DNA of 64,000 nucleotides from an uncultured virus (IMG/VR IMGVR_UViG_3300031788_000008). Its lineage: Duplodnaviria > Heunggongvirae > Uroviricota > Caudoviricetes. The translations under genes were made by a program, and so were the position numbers. The first letter of the stretch is position 1. The number at the start of each line of letters is the position of its first letter. The stretch spans positions 1 to 64,000 of the IMG/VR virus record IMGVR_UViG_3300031788_000008; one strand, given 5' to 3'. Under the pieces are notes generated by a model. The model saw only the letters and a list, made by a program, of their open reading frames with translations. It was not told where the DNA came from and did not search any database. Of this stretch, positions 59,464 to 64,000 are shown in pieces.

Positions 59464-60099
59464 ATGAATAAATCAATTGTTACCGTTCTTTCACTAGCAC
59501 TTTTTATGACTCCCCTTATTGCACAAGAAGAAAAAGGTGGACATGAATCGGCTAGACCCCAAGCAGCGCAACATGAAGGCGCAGCAAAACAAACAGCACC
59601 AAAACAAGAAAAAGTTCCAAAGGCTGAAAAAGTAGCCAAAGTTCCGAAGGCTGAGAAACAAGAAAAGGCCCCAAAGACAGAGAAAGTAGCTAAGACTCAG
59701 GCTCCAAAAGCTGAGAAGCAAGCAAGATCTGAAAAGCCTACAGCTGTAAAGGCCCAAAAGCAGGAAAAAGTAAAGGCTGAAAAACCAGAGACTCAAAAAG
59801 AGGATCGTACCAATGAGATAGCACATCAAAATTGGAACGGTAAGAATTTTAAGCCAGAATACTTTAAATCTAACTTTGGTGAATCGCACGGTTTTGGTAT
59901 TCGCAGTGCTCAATGGCAGGGAAATCAATTCCATTCAGGCTCACGCTTTATGTTCGGCGGTGCGTGGTTTGTACTAGGAGAGGATCTACCTCTAGATTGG
60001 TACAGCTGCAACACCTATATCAATGAATATGAAGGCGGATATGCTCTTTACTGCCCTGAATATCCAGGCGTTCCATTTGGAATCACTGTAGTATTCTAA
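59464..60099 (+). CDS. secreted protein with Lys/Glu/Ala repeats and an aromatic C-terminal domain
   Basis: Signal peptide; PKAEKVAK-type repeats; C-domain YFKSNFGESHGF...RFMFGGAWF...YINEYEGGYALYCPEYPGV; GAGGA RBS. Confidence 0.7.
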   Translation: MNKSIVTVLSLALFMTPLIAQEEKGGHESARPQAAQHEGAAKQTAPKQEKVPKAEKVAKVPKAEKQEKAPKTEKVAKTQAPKAEKQARSEKPTAVKAQKQEKVKAEKPETQKEDRTNEIAHQNWNGKNFKPEYFKSNFGESHGFGIRSAQWQGNQFHSGSRFMFGGAWFVLGEDLPLDWYSCNTYINEYEGGYALYCPEYPGVPFGITVVF

Positions 60100-60120
60100 T
60101 AACCGTTAACATTAACATCA

Positions 60121-60152
60121 ATATAGCCACTAATATAGTGGCTATATTTTTT
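60121..60152 (+). terminator. intrinsic terminator (3' arm duplicated)
   Basis: ATATAGCCACTA-ATA-TAGTGGCTATAT then TTTTT; the 18-bp unit GTGGCTATATTTTTTATC repeats at 60138 and 60156. Confidence 0.7.
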
Positions 60153-60354
60153 ATCGTGGCTATATTTTTTATCGTTACACTTGTTAAATTTTTATCGGAC
60201 TTTTCATTTCATAAGTAGATACGAGAAGAAAAATTATTTGAAATACTAGGATGAAATAATTGGTCTGCTGCGAAACTCGTAGCTTTCAAAACCCCACAAC
60301 TAACAAGGTTCGCCGTGGAAACTACAGTCAACCAACCAAAGACAAGGAGAATTT

Positions 60355-60960
60355 ATGAATTTCGATTATACCCCAAAAGCATCAGGACCAAAGAAAGCAA
60401 TTGGCCTATCTGTTACACAAACCATCAATAATGACGGCACAGCTTCAACAAACGCAATTTTTCAAGACAGCGATGGATTACCGATCACTGCCGCTCAGTT
60501 CAACAATTTATACCCAGTAGGTGTAGCGCTTCCAACGGTTACCGCTGGCGACAGTACACCAGGCCCTTCAGCATTTAAAGTTGTAGCAGTTACTCCTCCA
60601 ACTGCAAGCACTGCGGTCCCTGGGGCCTTTGTTGTAGCTACAACTTCCGCTGTTACACCACCTTCAGTTCCACCACCAACTGGCTGGGGACAAGCTGTGG
60701 ATTTTACTTGCTCAATCGCTAGTGGATTGGTAGGACAATCTACAACCCAATCTGTGGATGCCGGAACATTGAGTGTTGTCAGCAACTCCAACAATCCAGC
60801 AGCGTTCACCGTATCAACAAACAGCAGCGGTGTAGGGCTGGTGGCAGCGGGCGTGCCAGCTACTACGATTAAAAGTGCGTTTACTTCACCTGCTAAGCCT
60901 ACGATTACCCCTGGATATCAACATTCTCCAGATCCATCAACAGGCCGTAAGATTTATTAG
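60355..60960 (+). CDS. hypothetical Ig-like/Thr-Pro-rich protein
   Basis: 201 aa; AAGGAG RBS. Confidence 0.65.
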   Translation: MNFDYTPKASGPKKAIGLSVTQTINNDGTASTNAIFQDSDGLPITAAQFNNLYPVGVALPTVTAGDSTPGPSAFKVVAVTPPTASTAVPGAFVVATTSAVTPPSVPPPTGWGQAVDFTCSIASGLVGQSTTQSVDAGTLSVVSNSNNPAAFTVSTNSSGVGLVAAGVPATTIKSAFTSPAKPTITPGYQHSPDPSTGRKIY

Positions 60961-61016
60961 GCACAATTATTATGCCGGCCCAAAACACAGTCATGTAATA
61001 GAATTTGCACAACTAT

Positions 61017-61052
61017 AAAAGCCGTCAACTAAAAATTGACGGCTTTTGTTTT
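61017..61052 (+). terminator. intrinsic terminator (possibly bidirectional)
   Basis: AAAAGCCGTCAA-CTAAAAA-TTGACGGCTTTT then GTTTT. Confidence 0.85.
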
Positions 61053-61116
61053 GAAAAGAGATAAATGGAATAAATCAGTATTATATATTAAGTCCGGCCC
61101 GCCATAATCTGATTAC

Positions 61117-61428
61117 CAAAAAACGCCGTGAAGCCACGCCCTTCAGGCTGGGGATATAAGGCGGAAAGTGCTTGTATTAGATCGCAGGTTGTGGTATTTT
61201 TATTGTATGGCACTCGAAGGCTACAAAATAAGCATTGAAAGTCTTGCGAAAACCAAGCTGGCTAAATCAATGCTGCATTCGGGAATTATCGTCGCCTCGG
61301 GATACATGGAGTCGTTAAACGACTGCGGACAGTGTGTAAGTCTTGCGAAAGCAAGCAGCGCTGGTTGAAACAGTTAAGGGCGGCTTTGCCGCCTAGAATC
61401 CCTCGCCTTTAGGCGTGGGGAGTATCAA
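61117..61428 (+). mobile_element. miniature internally deleted IS200/IS605-family (tnpB-type) element
   Basis: Preceded by TTAC and ends in TCAA; left hairpin GAAGCCACGCCCTTCAGGCTGGGG; right end GAATCCCTCGCCTTTAGGCGTGGGGAGTATCAA; TnpB-like fragments MALEGYKI and LAKTKLAKSM; omegaRNA-like 3' region. Confidence 0.8.
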
Positions 61429-61449
61429 TAGATAGGGAGAGAAACAAAT

Positions 61450-61674
61450 ATGAATTTTCAAGAGCGTGTTATAACAGAAAAAAGAGAACTAGACAATAAA
61501 CTGGATAAATTGCAAGCCTTTATAAATGAAGGAACGGTTTATGCACAGCTTCCCAAAGAGGAACGTTCAAGATTAGCGAGACAGGCAACTGTCATGATTG
61601 AGTACTCTCAAATTCTCGCTGATCGTATCGCAAAATTTCAAGGGTATGATCCAACTAAAATTTGGTCTTTGTAA
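61450..61674 (+). CDS. small conserved phage coiled-coil protein (crAss001_48-like)
   Basis: FQERVITEKRELDNKLDKLQAFI...LARQATVMIEYSQILADRI pattern; GGGAG RBS. Confidence 0.65.
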   Translation: MNFQERVITEKRELDNKLDKLQAFINEGTVYAQLPKEERSRLARQATVMIEYSQILADRIAKFQGYDPTKIWSL

Positions 61675-61681
61675 ATAAATC

Positions 61682-61710
61682 TTGACAAATATTCCAACTA
61701 CCAGTATTAT
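61682..61710 (+). promoter_or_regulatory. sigma70-type promoter of the tRNA operon
   Basis: TTGACA (61682-61687), 17-nt spacer, TATTAT (61705-61710). Confidence 0.85.
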
Positions 61711-61725
61711 ACTCATAAGGCATTT

Positions 61726-61809
61726 ATGAACAACATTACCCTATCACCGTCATTGTCGTTGCTGGCTTATTACCTTAGCTTGCCACGCGGCGGTGTGTTC
61801 AACGGGTAA
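61726..61809 (+). CDS. attenuator leader peptide MNNITLSPSLSLLAYYLSLPRGGVFNG (27 aa)
   Basis: TAAGG RBS then ATG 61726; 12 of codons 6-19 are Leu, Ser or Tyr; stop TAA 61807-61809 lies inside the antiterminator hairpin. Confidence 0.8.
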   Translation: MNNITLSPSLSLLAYYLSLPRGGVFNG

Positions 61810-61864
61810 ATTTTAACCCGATTCGAATTAACCGCCGCCCCGAAATGGGCGGCTTTTGTTTTTT
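61745..61864 (+). promoter_or_regulatory. transcription attenuator (1:2, 2:3 antiterminator, 3:4 terminator)
   Basis: 1:2 CACCGTC(61745-51)/GGCGGTG(61789-95); 2:3 GCGGCGGT(61787-94)/ACCGCCGC(61831-38) with inner CGGGT/ACCCG; 3:4 GCCGCCC(61834-40)/GGGCGGC(61847-53) followed by TTTTGTTTTTT. Confidence 0.8.
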
Positions 61865-61869
61865 GTGGT

Positions 61870-61899
61870 AAGCCCAGACTTCTAGTCTGGGTAGATGAC
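61870..61899. repeat. isolated IS200/IS605-end-like (REP-like) hairpin
   Basis: AAGCCCAGACT-TCT-AGTCTGGGTAGATGAC resembles the AAGCCC...GGGTAGTTGAC terminal hairpins of this family. Confidence 0.5.
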
Positions 61900-61903
61900 C
61901 TTT

Positions 61904-61996
61904 GCCTAGAACGCAGATACGGTTGGCTGCATCCGGCTGTAACCCGGAATTTGGCTAGTCCAGACAATGGGAGTTCGAATCTCTCTCTAGGCACCA
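61904..61996 (+). tRNA. tRNA-Tyr(GTA)
   Basis: Acceptor GCCTAGA/TCTAGGC, A73, CCA; anticodon arm TCCGG-CTGTAAC-CCGGA; long variable arm; TTCGAAT T loop. Confidence 0.9.
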
Positions 61997-62009
61997 AAAT
62001 TTTATAGGG

Positions 62010-62291
62010 GTGATTATGGAAAAATTCATGTCCAGATCGGAACAGAAACGAGTAGCTTCAATGAAGGGAGAGCCCGCGCCTTCATTTGAGATTAGAGTTG
62101 AATACGATGATGGCGAATCGGTTTGGCATGATGGTAAAAGTCCTTTTTGTACACGCAGGGATCGCCCAATGGGAATGTACGCTATGATGCCGGATGACAC
62201 GCAGCGGCCTTTAAATATAGGGTACATGCGTGTGAGTGAAATGCAAGGATTGGAAAAACTCCTCAATGAAATTTTAAATTTTAAGAAATAG
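62010..62291 (+). CDS. hypothetical protein embedded in the tRNA array
   Basis: About 90-aa ORF exactly filling the Tyr-Leu spacer; GGGGTG RBS-like sequence before ATG 62016. Confidence 0.55.
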   Translation: MIMEKFMSRSEQKRVASMKGEPAPSFEIRVEYDDGESVWHDGKSPFCTRRDRPMGMYAMMPDDTQRPLNIGYMRVSEMQGLEKLLNEILNFKK

Positions 62292-62295
62292 TTTT

Positions 62296-62380
62296 GCGGC
62301 TGTGGTGGAATGGGCAGACACACCATCTTGAGGGGGTGGCGTCGAAAGATGTGAGAGTTCAAATCTCTCCAGCCGCACCA
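62296..62380 (+). tRNA. tRNA-Leu(GAG)
   Basis: Acceptor GCGGCTG/CAGCCGC, A73, CCA; CCATC-TTGAGGG-GGTGG; long variable arm. Confidence 0.93.
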
Positions 62381-62382
62381 AG

Positions 62383-62507
62383 TTTAGAGTCAAACCGTAG
62401 TTGTGAGGTTGCAACGGGGAGCTAACACAATGCTGCTCGATAAGAAGCGAAAGCTTCCGCTCGCGGGCGTAAGGTCGGGGTGCAGGCGTTGATCCGTTGC
62501 CTCTAAA
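62383..62507 (+). ncRNA. unidentified structured RNA between two tRNAs
   Basis: GC-rich spacer closed by TTTAGAG/CTCTAAA, with GCAACGG/CCGTTGC and GAAGC-GAAA-GCTTC helices. Confidence 0.5.
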
Positions 62508-62515
62508 ATAAGTTT

Positions 62516-62601
62516 GCCGGGTTGGTGGAATTGGGAGACACTCTGGACTTAGGATCCAGCGGTTAACAGCCATGCAGGTTCGACCCCTGTACTCGGCACC
62601 A
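62516..62601 (+). tRNA. tRNA-Leu(TAG)
   Basis: Acceptor GCCGGGT/ACTCGGC, A73, CCA; CTGGA-CTTAGGA-TCCAG. Confidence 0.93.
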
Positions 62602-62608
62602 AAAATTT

Positions 62609-62699
62609 GCGCGGGTGATGAAACTAGGGAGACATGCAGCGTTCAGACCGCTGTGCCCTTAAACAAGGCGTGCAGGTTCAATTCCTGTTCCGCGCACCA
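62609..62699 (+). tRNA. tRNA-Leu(CAG)
   Basis: Acceptor GCGCGGG/TCCGCGC, A73, CCA; CAGCG-TTCAGAC-CGCTG. Confidence 0.93.
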
Positions 62700-62712
62700 A
62701 TTTTGTAGATAG

Positions 62713-62803
62713 GCCAGAATGGCGGAATTAGGGAGACGCGCACGGCTCAAGCCCGTGTGAGCCTAAAAAACTCGTGGGGGTTCGATTCCCCCTTCTGGCA
62801 CCA
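62713..62803 (+). tRNA. tRNA-Leu(CAA)
   Basis: Acceptor GCCAGAA/TTCTGGC, A73, CCA; CACGG-CTCAAGC-CCGTG. Confidence 0.93.
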
Positions 62804-62992
62804 AAAATAAGTATTACATTTTATGGGCATATTTATTTGGCAGTGTATCAACTGTAAAAAGTTAGTAAAAACTTCCATGGATTTTTCTATCAATGATCGT
62901 CCAATATGTTTTGAATGATGATGAAGTAGCAGAATTTTTTGCTAGACTTTCAAAAATCAATTTTAAAAAACAATAACTATTTAAGTATCTTA

Positions 62993-63023
62993 AAATATCC
63001 ATTTTCAGTGTTTCCGATGTATA
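62993..63023 (+). promoter_or_regulatory. 31-bp promoter-like direct repeat (copy 2 of 3)
   Basis: AAATATCCATTTTCAGTGTTTCCGATGTATA, continuing as TATAAT; identical to 63240-63270. Confidence 0.75.
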
Positions 63024-63030
63024 ATTGGGT

Positions 63031-63240
63031 ATGGATATCACACTAAAAATTAAAAGGATCAGTGTCTTAACTGGTCACGGTACTGATAGGATTTACCTTT
63101 ATTTTGATCTGCCTACAACATTTCCTGACTGGCCGCTTGAGGAATGTTCCGCAGTCATCGAAGCGACTAAAGGTTACGGCGTTGCCTGGGTAAAAGAAAA
63201 TTTCCACCTAGAACCAGATGTAGTTTCGTCCTGTTTCTGA
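63031..63240 (+). CDS. hypothetical protein
   Basis: About 70-aa ORF between the two identical repeats. Confidence 0.55.
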   Translation: MDITLKIKRISVLTGHGTDRIYLYFDLPTTFPDWPLEECSAVIEATKGYGVAWVKENFHLEPDVVSSCF

Positions 63241-63270
63241 AATATCCATTTTCAGTGTTTCCGATGTATA
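63240..63270 (+). promoter_or_regulatory. 31-bp promoter-like direct repeat (copy 3 of 3)
   Basis: Identical to 62993-63023, continuing as TATACT. Confidence 0.75.
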
Positions 63271-63280
63271 CTAGGGATGT

Positions 63281-63556
63281 ATGAGTAAACCACCAATAAG
63301 CGAGAAACCTCCTTGGGTTCAAGGGGCTAAAAACACCAAGAAACGAAAGAAGAAAGACAACGATGCGATTCTAAATCCTGTATACGACGCAAAACTTGTG
63401 GAGAAATTGTGCGGAAACGCACGAAGGATAGTTCTTCAAGAAGGCAACGGGATGCTAACAAATGGTGTTCCAACGGAGTTATATTGGCACATCAATGGGT
63501 GCTCTGCTTGTGAAGAACTTCGCTCCAAGGCTAAACCACCAGAGATACCGTACTGA
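63281..63556 (+). CDS. hypothetical protein
   Basis: 91 aa, basic N-terminus, HxxxCxxC. Confidence 0.55.
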   Translation: MSKPPISEKPPWVQGAKNTKKRKKKDNDAILNPVYDAKLVEKLCGNARRIVLQEGNGMLTNGVPTELYWHINGCSACEELRSKAKPPEIPY

Positions 63557-63596
63557 GGTGTAACGCATCATGGCCGGGACTGTGATCAGGAGGAAT

Positions 63597-63884
63597 ATGA
63601 ACAAGCCGATTATTCTCATTGTAGCACTGAGATACGAAATTGATGGTGATTTAGAAGATGCGAAACGTATGTTGTCTAGAGCTTATGCTCCGCGTGAGGG
63701 AAGAGTTGAAAGTGCAAGTAGCCACAAAGCTACAGCAACATGCATATCAATGCAGGCTGAAATTGAGGAGATGCAAGAAGATATGTGTGAAGTTAGGAAT
63801 GGTGTTGGATATGCCTACCTACAGGTCCCTTACCCAGCGGGGGCAGCTGGCGTGCAGCAACAAAAGCAGAGGAAGAAGAAATAG
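63597..63884 (+). CDS. hypothetical protein
   Basis: AGGAGG RBS before ATG 63597 inside ORF 63570..63884. Confidence 0.45.
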   Translation: MNKPIILIVALRYEIDGDLEDAKRMLSRAYAPREGRVESASSHKATATCISMQAEIEEMQEDMCEVRNGVGYAYLQVPYPAGAAGVQQQKQRKKK

Positions 63885-64000
63885 ACAAAGAAAAGATCAT
63901 CAAAGCGATCAAAGAGATCGATGATGAATGTCGGAGGCGGTAATGAAAAGAGAACTCACTGAGAAGTTTTGCCAATTCGTCAACTACCCTGAAAGCGAGG

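Noticed and set aside
61168..61368. 66-aa ORF as a functional gene
   Set aside because: It consists of fused TnpB-like fragments running into the omegaRNA-like region of the miniature IS.
61711..61864. T-box riboswitch as the explanation for the tRNA-operon leader
   Set aside because: No AGGGTGGNACCGCG T-box sequence and the leader is too short for stem I; a translated leader with RBS and alternative helices fits better.
61770..62573. Minus-strand ORFs 61770..61997, 61955..62362 and 62274..62573
   Set aside because: Antisense shadows of the tRNA genes.
62993..63270. 31-bp repeats as a CRISPR array
   Set aside because: Only two identical copies, 216 nt apart with an ORF between them, non-palindromic and ending in a -10 box; no cas genes seen.
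63979..64000. GTCAACTACCC, resembling the start of IscB/HEARO-type elements
   Set aside because: It lies in frame within an ORF starting at 63943 (MKRELTEKFCQFVNYPESE), no hairpin is visible, and the window ends; probably chance.
1..64000. Stop-codon reassignment or suppressor tRNAs
   Set aside because: Genes are long and tightly packed in the standard code, TAA, TAG and TGA all end genes, and no CTA/TTA/TCA anticodon was found.

Overview
This is a 64-kb segment of a large, AT-rich tailed dsDNA phage (jumbo/myovirus-like) read in the standard genetic code. Positions 1-36.2 kb are a virion module: baseplate hub, spike, gp25-like and baseplate-J-like wedge proteins, large Ig/PA14/CBM-bearing fibre proteins and two lysozyme-fold genes. 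Positions 36.2-59 kb hold replication/recombination and accessory genes: glutaredoxin, DinG-like helicase, J-domain protein, HU, probable SSB, DEDDh exonuclease, RuvC-like resolvase, RecA, the N-half of SbcC, SbcD, a 5'-3' exonuclease, nucleoside-deoxyribosyltransferase-like genes, an outer-membrane barrel and a secreted S53 protease. Positions 61-63 kb hold a miniature IS200/IS605 element and a tRNA array. The most striking feature is that the array (Tyr-GTA, Leu-GAG, Leu-TAG, Leu-CAG, Leu-CAA; all long-variable-arm class II tRNAs) lies behind a sigma70 promoter and an apparently complete ribosome-coupled attenuator. Its unannotated 27-aa leader peptide has a Leu/Ser/Tyr codon run whose Leu and Tyr codons match the downstream anticodons, followed by mutually exclusive antiterminator and terminator hairpins. 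This suggests a sensor that switches phage tRNAs on only when class II tRNAs are depleted, for example by a host tRNA nuclease. Protein calls come from motif recognition only; no searches were run. A few genes hint at an Acidobacteriota host (inference).
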